The notes under the pieces are model-generated. The model was given only the letters and a program-made list of their open reading frames with translations, ran no database searches and was not told the origin of the DNA. From Sphyrna mokarran (lineage: Eukaryota): a stretch of DNA of 64,000 bases. The number at the start of each line of letters is the position of its first letter. The stretch's first letter is position 1. The stretch is from NCBI GenBank assembly GCA_024679065.1, contig JAGIQG010000013.1, positions 43,214,001-43,278,000 of the forward strand, in the 5' to 3' direction. Below, one piece after another: positions 1 through 13,479 of this stretch. Position numbers and translations under genes: made by a program.

Positions 1-621
1 AAACTACCTTGGTTCTGGAATGTCAGCTCTCAAAAGCATGAAAATGGAAATGTCACCAAGAACATTGCAGAGTGCTCTTCAGACTTCAAGACCGGGGCTA
101 CATTGTCAGAGATATATTGTGAGGTGGATAGGGCAAGCACCACTGTTGCCATTCCAGGTTTCCCTTGTACTACTACTAAAGACAGCAATGTTGTAAAAAA
201 AAATGCTTGTGTTTCATAAAAACATTCATTCTATTGATGTCATCTAACTCCATAATACCTAGCTAAAACATTTTTTGTCACACACCAAACACTACGTACT
301 TGTCATGTTACTGGATTTTACCAAAAGGATCATTAAATAACGAAATGCAAGATGTCACAGAGCCCCAATCAATTAAATGTTATCACAACTGGAATGAATC
401 AGGGTTACCATAAATGTTGCTTGAGAAACTATTTTTCCAGTTAAATACCACAGCACTATAATTATCAACAACTTTTTAGTTTGTACTTCTCTTTCTCTTC
501 CCACCACCATCATGTCCTTATAGGCTCTACCAACACTCAGCAACTCAATTTGGCAATGTTTTTTCTGAAGAGGAATAAAAGAGGGGATATAATTAGATAT
601 ACTTGAGTTTTAGGCAAGAAC

Positions 622-881
622 GGAGGTGGGGGGTGGGGTAAGTGGGGGGACTGGGAGAGTGGGGGAGTGGGGGAAGGGGGTGGGGGAAGTGGAGGGGTGG
701 GGGAAGTGGAGGGGTGCGGAAGTGGAGGGGTGCTGGGGAAGTGGGGAGGGGCTGGGGAAATGCGGAGGGTGGAGGGTTTGGGGAAGTGGCGGGATGGGGA
801 AGTGAGCGGTGGGGAAGTGGGAAATTGGGGGGTGGGGAATTGGGGTGTGAGGAAGTGGGGCAAGTGGGAAAGTGGTGGGAG
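622..881 (+). repeat. G-rich degenerate tandem repeat (GGGGAAGTG)n
   Basis: Directly visible; accounts for the Pro-rich and Gly-rich ORFs at 537-935. Confidence 0.92.
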
Positions 882-2504
882 CAGTGAAACATCCAGAGAC
901 AGTGACACAGTGCTGTCTGCAAGATGAGAGAGCAATATCGAGGCTGTTAAGTAATGGCTGCTTAAGGGAAGCAGCTTAATGATGGTATATTGTATATTCT
1001 ATAAGTAATTACACACAAATCATCAAATTTATTATTGAATTTAAAATCCAGAAAACGGTCCACTGCAGCTTACAGGACTGTCCTTAATTCTGAAAAACTA
1101 CTAGGAACATACTGACATCGTTTTAGCCGACATTTTCCAATTTATTTGTATGTGCTATTTGGTGGGGGATAAATTGAGCACTTTTTTCAATTCACTGCCT
1201 GACCTTAGTAACAAGTGTTCCAGCTTGGGCAGAAAATAAAGCTTGTTCTACACTTGATCAGTCTAAACCTCAGCATTATTATCAGATTATTTGGTTCAGG
1301 TTGCTCAGGAGCATCCGAAGTTGGATGCACAGGGATCACAACTATACAAGACATGCTGGATGGGTCAGCTCATGTCCTGTCTAATATTTCTGTATGTCTG
1401 TATATACGAAGGTGTCATTTTCCATTTCGAGCATCAGCTGTTTTGTTCCCTGAGTGATATTAAGCAGCTTTGCATCATTGCCCCCTCTAATCATACTACT
1501 AGACACTGGACTCAGATTACTTGGGATATTCTATCCAACACAACATTAAACTTTCATTCTTTCTGTCGAACTGCAAGGGGTAAGAGATGTTGAAAGAAAT
1601 CTTGGTTCTGGTTAAGGGCTGTTATACTGACAGCCTGCATATAGTAGAAGTTAACAGCAGTTTTACTGCAAGCATCAATGATTAGAATATTTGCTGCTCG
1701 TTTCAGAGATGTACAAACACATTTCTTACACATTTTCAGTATCATTTAATATTTACAGTGACTTAGCATTTCCTTTTACTAGTTAGCAAGAAAAAGATGA
1801 GCTAATTTCTGACATTACCAGAATTACTCCCCCACCCCCTACTACTCTCAGTAAAACCTCTGGCCCTGCACTCCAGATAAATCAGAGGTGTTATAAAGAG
1901 CTGATGCTACAGTGTGGAAATGGAGAAAGGATGCACATCTAAATCAAAAAGACCTTAAAAGAATTTGACACTTCTATTTTCTATGTTTAGTTTTCTTCCT
2001 GCACTTGCTATTTTACTAACTATTGAAAATTAGCTGGTCTACAGTTTTCACTACTTTAACTTACAAAGCTGGAGTTCACTTGAACTTTCTTGAGAGATTA
2101 TATATAAACAGGCAAAATAAGTGCATTTCCCTGTCCTAAGATAATTTCTCCAGAGAAAGAAAGGGAAATTTATCCTTAATATTTCAATTGTTACACACAG
2201 TGTTTACAAAAGGCAAATTTTGGTAGGACACCTAAATGGCCTGTTTTGCTGTCAATCATATTTAAATAAATTGTGTTACAGATACAAATACACATTGACA
2301 GCTGGGGGCTACTATCTTATTGAGACAGAAAATTCTATTGTGCCATCTTTATATATTTATTTCTTGTGCTTAGTTATTTGGTCGTTATAAGCATTTTTAT
2401 CTTTCCCTTTTAATGTTAGTGGGGGAATAAAACATTATAATAAGTACATTAAGGTGCAGAGTATAGTTACAAAACATAAACAAGACATGCCATTTAAGTA
2501 AATA

Positions 2505-2655
2505 GTAAATATTGCAAATGCTGGAATCTGAATAAATACAAAAAAATGCTGGAAATACTCATCTAATGCAAGGCTATCAAAATGAAACATGAACTTCCTT
2601 TCTTTCCATTGATGCTGCCTGACCTGCAGAGTATTTCCAGCATATTTTGCTTTTA
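2505..2655. repeat. Short Penelope-associated inverted-repeat element
   Basis: aaatgctggaaatactc is inverted as gagtatttccagcat; relatives at about 17400-17505, 21062-21195, 36848-36992 and 49165-49220. Confidence 0.65.
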
Positions 2656-2895
2656 TGCTAAGTTAGTAACACATTCAACTCAAAACTTAAGTGTTTATAA
2701 TCCCTTATATTTAACTAAACCAAAGTTTTTCATACATTTGAATGAATTCTGAGCTTCATAATTTGGGTAGCTCGCAATCATGACTTGTGTGTGAAAACTG
2801 GAGTCATTAGTATGTACAAAGCCACAACATAAGCTGAACTGGTATGATCACAATTATTACCACCAATTTTTTAAAATTTGTACCTGAATTACAAA

Positions 2896-3157
2896 TCAGT
2901 GCAACTTGTGCAGTTTGCTGCTATACATAGGACCCCAAGGTTTCCCCCTTTCCGGCACCACTAACTGTCCGTGTTGTACACCCTCAGCAAACGTGAAGTA
3001 ATCGGCGAGGGAACGTGCCAAGCCTGTTAAATCCACAGCCTGGATGTTGTCATAAGAATTCAAGACAGAGGCCACAACGTCATCATTTTCTGCTTGAGAC
3101 AGCGTGCATGTAGAATAAACGACAGTCCCTCCAGGACGCAGTGCTTCAAGAGCTGAC
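2896..3157 (-). CDS. NSUN3: NSUN3 last coding exon with motif VI (SALEALRPGGTVVYSTCTLS...WGPMYSSKLHKLH*)
   Basis: cttgcag|G acceptor, catalytic TC motif, TGA at 2896-2898. The six exons sum to 1152 nt (383 aa plus stop). Confidence 0.96.
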
Positions 3158-4139
3158 CTGCAAGCGGTCAGTAAAAGGACAGTTAGGTCACTTCCAGTAG
3201 ACACAGAACAGCAAGTTGAAAAATGGATCTTGTTTATTTTTGTGTAACCAGAGAGTAAAATAATTTTAATAGTGCACCATCTCTATGGAACAGTGCACCC
3301 TTAATCAATCAATCTGGCTTGCAGTAACAATCTCAATCACTGAATAGTGTTTCTGAAATGAGAGATGGTAATTTATAGTAGAAAATATGATATAGTTTCA
3401 AATGAAATTTGATTCCTTAATATGAATATCTAGAAAAAGGAGGTAACTGATTCACATGAATAGGGAGGGAGGAGAGGGATAAGGATCTAGTCAGAGCATA
3501 AGTTTTTTTTAAATTTAGTTAGGTCATCATAATTGGCACAGACTTGAAGGGCTGAAGGGCCTGTTCCTGAACAGTGCTTTTCTTTATTCCCTAAAAATTT
3601 GTTCTCAAAAGAGAGTTAGTACTGATTATTACACATCATATGTATATGATTTTTAAGCTGATAATTTATAGAAGTTACGGAATGAAAGTGCTCCATCAGA
3701 AACATAACCTATTTGTGGATACAATTACTCTGTGCACTGTTTTCACAGCACCTGTTTGGTCTATTTGCATATAGTTCTCTCTGTGCTATTTTAACACAGA
3801 CATTAAACAGTTGCAAACAAACAAAATAAACTGCTCAGTATGAAAACATGAATGTAAGTAAATGCATTTATTAATGTGCTAAAAATAGCACAGTACAGCA
3901 TTAAATTAATTGATATTGTATATATGGGTAAATATGTATCATGCAATATTCTTCTTCAATAACTTTTCAGTAAATATAGGTTGATATTTTTCAGTCCTCA
4001 TACTTTTCCAATGAGAGAGTCTATGGGCTATTTTTTATTCCCATATGGGGCATATATGGAGGTGGGCTATGTTCTAATATAACCAATGATAACATTGGAA
4101 TCTATTATAATGTAATTGATGGCAAAATGATGCGATGAT

Positions 4140-5470
4140 TTAAGCTTAACATCGGAAAATTCTCAAATCCATTATCAAGAACTTTATAGCAGAGCATTTG
4201 GAAAGTAATGGCAGGATGAGATAAAATCAGCATGGATTTATGAACAGGAAATCATTTTGACAAATCTGCTGGAATTCTTTGAAGACTTAACTAGTAGAGT
4301 TGACAAGGGGGTGCCCAGTTGTTGTGGTATGTTTGGAGTTTCAGAAACTGTTTGGCAAAATCCCTCATAAAGAAGATCATCGTGCAAGATTAAAGCACAT
4401 GGGATTAGGAGAAGTGTATTGAGATGGATAGAAAACTGGTTGGCAGAGAGAAAACAAAGAAGAGGAAATAATGGGTTATTTTCAAATTGACAGGCAGTAA
4501 CAAGTGGGGTGCCACAGGATCGGTGCTGGGAGCCTAGCTATTCACTATACTGATTTGGATGATAGAACAAAATGTAACATCTCAAAGTTTACAGATGATA
4601 TCAAGTTGGGTGGTATGGTGAACTGTGACCAGTGATCTGGAAAGATTGGGTGAGTAGGCAAATCAATGGCAGATGCAGTATAATTTGGATAAATGTGAGG
4701 TTATTCACTTTGGAAGCAAAAAAAAAGGTGGCAGATACTACCTGAATGCCTGTAAATTAGGAGAGAGAATTGCAGTGGGACCTGGGGATCATTGTACACT
4801 AGTCACTGAAGGTAAGCATGCAGATACAACAGAAGATAAAGAAGGCAAAAGGCATGCTATTCATCATTGTGAGAGGTTTCGAGTACAGGAGCAGGGATGT
4901 GTTGTTGCAATTATACAGGACCTTGATGAGGCCTTTGTGCAGTTTTGCTCTCCTTTCCTGAGGAAGGATGTTCTTGCTCTCAAGGGAATGCAGTGAAGAT
5001 TATCAGGCTGATTCCAGGGATGGTGGGACTGATGTATGAGGAGAGATTGACCAGGTTAGGATCATTTTTGCCGGAGTTCAGACGAATGAGGAGGGCATCT
5101 CATAGAGACTTATAAAATTCTAACAGGACTAAACAAGATTGATGCAGGAAGGATATTCCCAATAATGGGAATCCAGAAACAGGGATCACAGTCTGAGGAT
5201 TCAAGGTAGACCATTTAGGATGAAGGTGAGGAGACATTTCTTTACCCAAAGCATGGTGAACTTGTGGAATTCATTACCACAGGAACTGGTTGATGCCAAA
5301 ACATTGAATATATTCAAGAAATAGCTGGATATAGCAATTGGGGCAAATGGGATCAAAGGTAATGGGGAAAAAAACAGATAGGCTAACGAGCTGGACAATC
5401 AGCTATGATCGTAATGAATGGCAGCGCAGGCTCCAAGGGCCAAAAGGATTCCTCCTGCTTCTGTTTCTAC
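4140..5470 (+). mobile_element. CR1-clade LINE, decayed 3' part (RT to 3' UTR)
   Basis: QHGF, SGVPQGS and KCEVIHFG remnants with frameshifts; 3' end ctcctgcttctgtttcta. Confidence 0.9.
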
Positions 5471-6816
5471 GATCAGCTGACCTGGTATAAATAGAAAGCA
5501 AATGGGTATTGTGGGGAACTTGCATGACCCAAGACGTGGCCTAAATGTTGGTGTCATGAGTGATGGGTCAGAATCTCCATTTGACCCAACATCAAATCCA
5601 AATCCTACTCACAATCACTATTATTATTTAGATATAAATGGGAGTATATTTCAAATTATATTATCAACCATATAAATTTCTTAAAGCAATCGCTCTGTTA
5701 GATCAATATTAGAACACACAACAAAAAAATTATCAAGACGGTATTGCAGCTTATTAAACATATGCACAATGCAGATTGACATTCCAAGTTAAGCATTCTA
5801 AGATAGTAATATATTTTGCTGACATGTAAAAATAGCAATCAGATGGAAAAAAAAATTTTAAATAAGTTTTCTGCTCGATTAACCTCATTTCCTAATTCAA
5901 TTTAGAACATCAACAGTGGAGTGATAATCATCTGAAAAGCTTTTAAACACTCACAACATGACAAGAAACTGTGACATTTAGCAATATGCAGTAAGCACCT
6001 GTCTATATGAATCTTATTTTATGTAATTCTAAAACATGGCGTGCTTGTACTAAATGGGTTACAGGAATCATGAGTTTCTGAGAAACAGATAGCAACTGTT
6101 AAGTCAATAAAGAAAGTTAATTCAATAAGGATATGCATTATGGATTGAAAAGCAGTTTCCAGTAAAGGGTAACTGCCTCAGCATCACTATTAAGCATTTA
6201 GCAGGATAAAGGCATGGCTGCCTTAGAGGTCACGAAGTATCAAATGAAAGAAAGCAAATAATTTTGTTTCCTTACACATCAAGCTGCAAAGTGCTAATAC
6301 AAATTCAAATAAAGCGCATGGCAGCAAGTTCAGTGCATCTTTGATAATCTGCAAAGTTAAATAATTTTTATATCCACATTATATACAGTTCAGTTGATAT
6401 AGTGAATCATTATGTTTCGGAGATGTGAATTAATCATGGTACAAATAAATGTAAAACAGTTTTACATAAAATATACTGATCAACATGGTATATATGCTAC
6501 ATAATCAATTTGTGAGGTGTACAATATATGGTTTGATGTAAATGTACCTGAAAAGTCTACTTGTTTTATTTTGATCACACTGTTATTGTGTCATTTTTAT
6601 TAAGTTCAATATTCTAATCGATATTTTTTTTCCAAACAGATAGATAAGTTGGATACGAAAACAATGACATTGCGAATTGACAAATAATTCATGATATCAG
6701 ATGAAAATTGGCAGCTACAGCTTTGGATTAATATTAGAAAGATGTTTAAAATGTAACACTATCACAACAGTGCTAATTCAATACAGTTAAATAGTTGATC
6801 TATTGTTTGGTTAAAT

Positions 6817-7090
6817 GATCACAGAGGTTTACAGCATGAAAACAGACCGTTCGGCCCAACCTGTTCATGCTGCCCCCTTTTTTCTAAACCCCTAAGCTAA
6901 TACTAATTGCCCATGTTTGGCCATATCTCTCTAAACCCATCTTATCCAGTTAACAGTCTAAATGCTTTTTAAAAGACAAAATTATATCTGCCTCTACTAC
7001 TATCTCTGACAGCTTGTTCCAGACAATCACCATCCTCTGTGAAAAGATTGCCCCTCTGGATCCTTTTGTATCTGTCCCTTCTCATCTTAA
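6817..7090 (-). mobile_element. CR1 3' UTR fragment
   Basis: acagcatgaaaacagaccgttcggcccaac is the reverse complement of a CR1 terminal hairpin region. Confidence 0.7.
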
Positions 7091-9142
7091 CTCACCAGGC
7101 CAATTACTTCAATAAAACAAATCTGGAAATTAGGCAGATTTGCCATTGGGAGCATTATTTAGTATAAAGTTTCCAGCTTTCGATACCTAATTAGTCAAAG
7201 GCTGCCTTGCCTGCTGAGCTTCTCTCCATCTCTTCACACAATTTGTTGTCTACTGCATTTGACTAAACACCATCATCTTGGACACAAGTAGAGAAAAAAA
7301 AATTATCTTTGATAACTGTCAGTCATCATTGCTACAGTGGATCAGTCAACCAGCATGATGTTTGGTGACGGATTTGTGAATACAACAGGAAATGACAGTA
7401 GATAGTATCCAATTTATCAAAAATAGAGTTGGATGTCCAACCCAACAGAAAACGGATATTTATTTTCAACTATTGACATTTCAACTTGTGTAATAGGCAC
7501 AGCATTATTGTGTACCTGCTATACCTGGTTTATGTTTATATTAAAATAATTTGACCACAATAAAATAGATTAGATTATTCTCATCTCCATTAATTGTTTC
7601 AGCAATTAAATATCTTCAGCTATATCAACACTGCCACCTGATGGTGAAGGGCAGAGTGTTCAAGCAGGCTGAGAGTAATTAAAAATTATTTGATCTCAGC
7701 ACAGAATCCAAATTCTCAATACTTATCACTCACTTTAATTATATACTATGAATTCCTGAATCATTTACTCAAGAGCTGAAAGCACAATCGTAATTCAAAC
7801 ATTACCACCTCACCCTCTCAGGTTTTTTAATTCCCTTCTTACAGAATATTGACCGTGCATTTAATGTCACTTAAGGCAACATGAAATGTTAGAATTCTCA
7901 CCACTTCTCTGCATTAGCACCTCCATGTAAATCATTTTTGTCAATCTATTTGCACAGTAATGTGTGGCATGCTTCCTGTAATCTCATTTCAGTTGAGTAA
8001 ATGTGCAAATTAGATAAGATGTAAATTGCCAATTTATTCACTGGAGCAGCAAGGAGATTTTGATGTGAAGAAGACAGGGTAAAACATTTATAGGGCTGCT
8101 AGTCAATAAAGCAAACGTATATAATGATGCAGCTTGATGAATGCACTTGGGGATGTAGACTATAGACTATAAAGTGGTGTCAAAAATGAACTGTTATGCA
8201 TATTGCCCCACTGACTCTACAATCAATTCTACCACCTGCAGCTTTAAGAATTAAAGGGAAAATATTCTGGAGAAGTATGAGCCTGGAAGTCAATTCTATC
8301 CTGCATAGGTTTTCTGTGGTATAAATGTATGTCATTGTGCTCAATATGGCGTCAGCACCACCTGCGTACACCCTTTGCAGTGGGCCAAACTGGATGCAGT
8401 GATGGTAACAGCTAAAATAGAGGCATGTTAGAAGCAAGCATGAGGGCAGGGACTTGCACAAATAAGAGGCAGAAAACCTGCAATGGAAGCCAATTGTACA
8501 ACCATGGCTTACACCTAAATCAGCTAACACCAATGGTGATTGCCTCCAGGAAAGCTAGTCATAGAACAAGAAAAAGTTAATCATCTTAATCACACTACTC
8601 CTTATACAGAGATCTTGGACTTTTTCCCTAGCTTCAAGTTCCAGACACTCCCCTGAACTTCTCTCCCCTCTCCCAAACTCTAATTGCACTCCCAGTTCCC
8701 CGAACAATATTGCACATCTAAGCAAAGTTCTTTCTTGACCCCAAACCCAGCCTTCATCTCCACAGTTTAGGGTCCAATCTTTACTCTAGTTCTCCATGAT
8801 CTTACACAATCACCTACCTACAAATTGGTACATGGACCTATGCAGGCACCTACCATTGTGTCTTCTACATGGTAATGAAGTCTGAGGCCCAAAATGCATT
8901 GCTCTTCAATCCTCCTTATTTGCCCTCTATGGATGGGATGCTCAAAATGAATGATGCTTACTTTCTAAGCCTCGACATTTACAATTTTACAGATTGCTGG
9001 ACATTTCATGCCATAATCCTTCTTACAATAACCCTCCAAATCTCAGCCATAATGTTATTAAAGGAACCAAGTGGGGATTAGACATTTTCATATATAATAG
9101 AGCATCACAAAACAAATTGGAGTATTGTGCTGCTTCTAGAAC

Positions 9143-9270
9143 AGCTTCTCAGTTTGGATCTAATGCACCACTTTTGTGGGGACTATGAATTGGATTGAAT
9201 TCAAATTGGTTTTTGGAGCAAGCAAGGAGATGGATTAAGGGCTTGGCTGGTCACTCCAGGCATTGGCTCC
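9143..9270 (+). pseudogene. U2 snRNA-like fragment (stem IIb, Sm site and stem III region), related to 22306-22369
   Basis: AAATTGGTTTTTGGAGCA..AGGAGATGGATTAAGGGCTTG..CACTCCAGGCAT aligns with U2 AAATGGATTTTTGGAGCAGGGAGATGGAATAGGAGCTTG..CACTCCACGCAT. Confidence 0.7.
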
Positions 9271-11654
9271 TTACATTCCTTTTTTAAAATAAAACACCAA
9301 TGGTTGGGCCACTCTTTTGGTTAGAAAATGTGAGCAAGTATCAAACTTTGGGATTTCTACTTATTTAGTGTGCAAGTGATGAGATTAATTGCATTGATAT
9401 GAAGATAAGTTTAGTATATAAAGTATTACAAAATAATAGTTAACTGTGACATAAGATCTATTGGCTGAGGTATCAGGTGAAGTACTTAACAGAATTACAT
9501 ACATTATTAATACCACATCAGTTTGAGATATCACTGCTGGACAGAATCATTAGCACATTCTAGAGAGGTCAGCAAGCAACTAAATGGGAAATGTACAATC
9601 TAGTTATATGGCTGCTGTACTCGACAGGCTGGGAGTGCTGGTGGTCGTGTGAGGGTGGGGGCTGGGATGGGGTGAGAGAGTCAGGAGAGTTGGGAATGGA
9701 CTCGGGAGGCTCAGGGGTTGCAGAGCAACAGGTTTAGGTTCTGCATTCAAAATGGAACTTTTGACTGACAGCTTGGCAAGCCAAACATTGACAACAGGAT
9801 TGAGAAAGAATTCGGATATGCAGCTTATGTTGAGAAATGATCCAGAGCATGTTTGAGGATTGGACAAGATAGATAAAAAAATAAGTTCAGTACTGTTGAC
9901 TTATAATGTGAAGTAGACCTGTATCATTACAGTAAAGTTTGCATGGTTTATTATTTTACTGTTTAGGATTGGTTGAGATATACTGTAACCTGTTCATCAC
10001 AGCTTTTGTGCTAAACTAAACCAGTTTGTTGGTGCTCAGACAGACAGAAGACAGACAATCTATAAAAAGATAGGGATATCAACATGAGAACACAAGGCCA
10101 CAGTATTTAGTAACTCATTTTGCTTAACTAATTATTGAGTGGTAAATCCATACTTCTGATGTTTGCAAAGTGGGTTCCAGCCACAGGAGTGATCACTATT
10201 ACTGACCCAAGAGAATATCTTGTATGGATGCAAAATAATAACACACAGGAAGAACAAACCAATAAAGCTGAAAGCATAAGGAGTATAACTCAAGCACAGA
10301 ATACTTGTATGGCAGCAAGTGTTTCATCCTGGATTACGGCATAGTTGTTGCTTTTATGTCGGCTATTTTAATTTTAAAAGATAACCAATCAAAACTACAC
10401 AAATTGTTATCTCATTGCACAAACAGCATATATAACCAAAGCATACAATGTAAGGATTAATTTTCATTCCAGTTTAAAAAAAATGGAATTTTGAACCACC
10501 TCTTCAGCACTTGGGATGAAGACCTCACAAAGATTCCACATTGAATACTTGTCTGTAATGGGATAGATTGCACCTGGGAATATTATTTTTCTTCCTTCAG
10601 AGATAACAAAATGGCTCATCTTGTTTGTGGAGGATAAGCGAGTTAATTGGTGAGTTTCAAACAGAGGATCATCTAAATAGAGTAGAACTTTATTTTCACT
10701 GCTCGGGAGCAGCTAGACAGCATCACCACTTGCCTAGTTTTACATAACAAGCCACCTGATCTCTTTTCTTTGAAGTCAACAAATCACAAATTCTATACAG
10801 GTCAGCATTCAATTCCGCTCAAGAGGTAGAAAGAAAACTCTACCCCTCTGTTAGATCAACCGTGTACCAGTAGTTCCTTAGATGATAGCCTGTAAAATAA
10901 GTATATCTTGTTGTTGTACAAACAGGGATAAAGAACAGTCCTATGATTTTGTATTTGATAGCAAACCAGTCAACATGGTTTTTAGAGATTGAAAACACAT
11001 TCCAGCTGGCTTCCAGTGAACGCATTCTGAAATCTTCAGATTTGCTGCTAGTAACAATGTCAGTCATCGTCAGAACACTGCTTGGAGTTGCACATTATAC
11101 TACTATTTTGTCATTTTTTTTTAAGTGTTATGTAACTAACAAACATGAAGTCCGCTCGGTTAAACTCTTCAAGCTACCACACATTTAAGCTATTAAAAAG
11201 AATCCAATGATAACAAATATATATCAAGCAAAATCAGGAGTTATGTATTATATTTGTCATAATTAGTTTATTTCCCCTGTCAAAATAGTTTCCCAAAGCT
11301 CGCCATCACTAGCTCACCTCGTGTCCTGGTTACTGTAGACAAATTGATAGTGTTTGCTTGCATTTACAACCAGAATATATACACAAATTGTGCTGGATTT
11401 CAGCTTTGTAGCAAACCTGTTAGAGCCTCTAAGCAAGCTGTGAGTGCGCGAATGCCATAACCACAACAGGTCAAATGGCATGCTTCTGTGTTGCATTATT
11501 CTATGATTCTATAACCAGAGAGTGCAACTAACTGGATTGCTGTTCGAAAAAGGTAGCTAAGGTTGTGGGCCACTTTCCGGTTCTATAATTTAATGATTGA
11601 ATTTTGTGGCTTGTGTTAGACCAACTAAGTAACAGGCATGGCTCAAAAGGCATT

Positions 11655-11770
11655 CCTGCAGAGTCTATTGATAAAATGTACAATTAGTTAATTGATAATA
11701 GCTGAGAAGCACAGCTTCAGGACTGTTATCAATTAACTAATTGTACATTTCTATCAATAGTCTCTGCAGG
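11655..11770. repeat. Near-perfect 116-bp palindrome (hairpin)
   Basis: cctgcagagtctattgataaaatgtacaattagttaattgataatag is mirrored by ctgttatcaattaactaattgtacatttctatcaatagtctctgcagg. Confidence 0.9.
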
Positions 11771-12344
11771 CAGTTTTACGTGCAAAGTATTATGTACACA
11801 TTAACTTAATTCCACTAATGACAAATAGATGAACAAAATGAAAAGCCAGATATTTAATTTTCTTTCTGTGCAGAGGGCGAATGCCAATCTGTTTGAAGAG
11901 TCATAATACATCAGTATTACCTGGTAAAACACATAAAACAAAAGTCATGAATGTATGATATTCCTTTTTTTAAAATGCTTTTGGTAACATTTTTGCTTTT
12001 CAAGGTGAAAACTATCACAACATGTTGCACCTAATGCTACTATCACGTCCCTGCGGTCATATTTAATAAGGATTAAGTATAATACATGGATCCTCATTCA
12101 ATCTTCATTATGAAATGTTTAATCTAAGCAAGAATTTAAAATTACACTTTCTAGAAGACAAATTAGGGTTGAAGAAAATGAACGCAACTGAAAAAACTCA
12201 GCCAACCCTTGATCACATTCAGAATAATTTTATGACTGTCCATTAGAAACAGAAATCAATTAACCGCTGAACATGGCAGCAACAAATTGCATTTTCTCAC
12301 AAAGTACACTAAGCAACAAGAAGAAGGGATGATGTGGTGGGTGG

Positions 12345-12830
12345 GTGGGTGGGTGTGTGTGAAAGATAGATAGGGTGACTGAAGGCAAGATCAAAAGCAC
12401 TGGTTTTAAAGAGGCCTTTGAAGACAGGGTGAAGGTAGCAAGTGAATTGACCTTAGCAAAGCATTTTGAAAGACCACAGCATTCTGAATGACTGCTCTTC
12501 AATGGTGGAGTTCCATAGAAGGAAATAAACAACAAGTAATTAAGATTGCTCAGGTAGGCTGGTGAGAAAATGGGGGTTTAAAATTATTAAAAAACCTGAA
12601 ATCAATTGCTGAAGTATAGTAAGTTGGTGGAGCTGTGAAACAACATGGCATTCATGGTTTGAAGGACATTTTGCTGAAGAGGGGATGGACCATGGTATTA
12701 TGAATTGACTGTAATTGGTTAAGGCGGAGGAGTTTTCAAAGAGAGGATTACAGAAGTCAATCGTCAAGGTATGAGGTGGAGGATTAGATTTTTGACAGCA
12801 GAAGGAATGTGGCTCATCATGTAATGTTTA
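12345..12830 (-). mobile_element. Old L2-like LINE remnant
   Basis: Purine-rich decayed segment (agggtgactgaaggcaagatcaaaag, ggggatggaccatgg) typical of antisense L2 ORF2. Confidence 0.4.
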
Positions 12831-13479
12831 ACTTGTGAATGAATTCCATCTTAGTCGGCCAAATAGACAGCATGAAATTCATCACATGGTCAAACAAAGT
12901 GACGGCAAAACTCCTCAGAGTTCAATGCACATTTTCTCTCACAAATGACTGGCTAAGTTGAAGCTCAAATCAATGGATTCATTACTGAAGGTGAAACAAT
13001 AGGTTGCAGATAACTAGAAATGGGGGGCACAAGATGGAAGCAGTGTGTGTCACAGCCGCTTTCAGTGGACAATTAAATCAATGTGGACTAAGTGTTATCA
13101 AAATTAGTTAAAATCAACTAGATTTCTGAACAGTGAAAAAAATCTTGCATTACATATATTTTGTTCCATGAATAAATGTATTTATCAATGTAATTTTTAA
13201 CATGAATTTATGACAAAATAAATAGCATCACTACTCACAATGTACAAAGAAACCTAATCTATCATACAACTGACTGCAAACAAATCCTTCAGTTATGTTA
13301 TAAAGAGAATACACAAACCAGTATATCATACATGATCAAAATATTTGTACTCCATCATTTCACATATTCTCTTCTTCGTTACTTGAACTTTATTTTTGAA
13401 ATTGGCCAATAAAACATCTGAAAGAATGTAAAACGAAGGAGATAGTCATGAACTTCAGAAAACATAGTGAGTGGAGGAC

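Noticed and set aside
537-935. Pro-rich and Gly-rich ORFs
   Set aside because: Translations of the G-rich simple repeat.
10480-11190. Coding-like unique stretch with short ORFs on both strands
   Set aside because: No recognisable domain, splice pattern or long frame.
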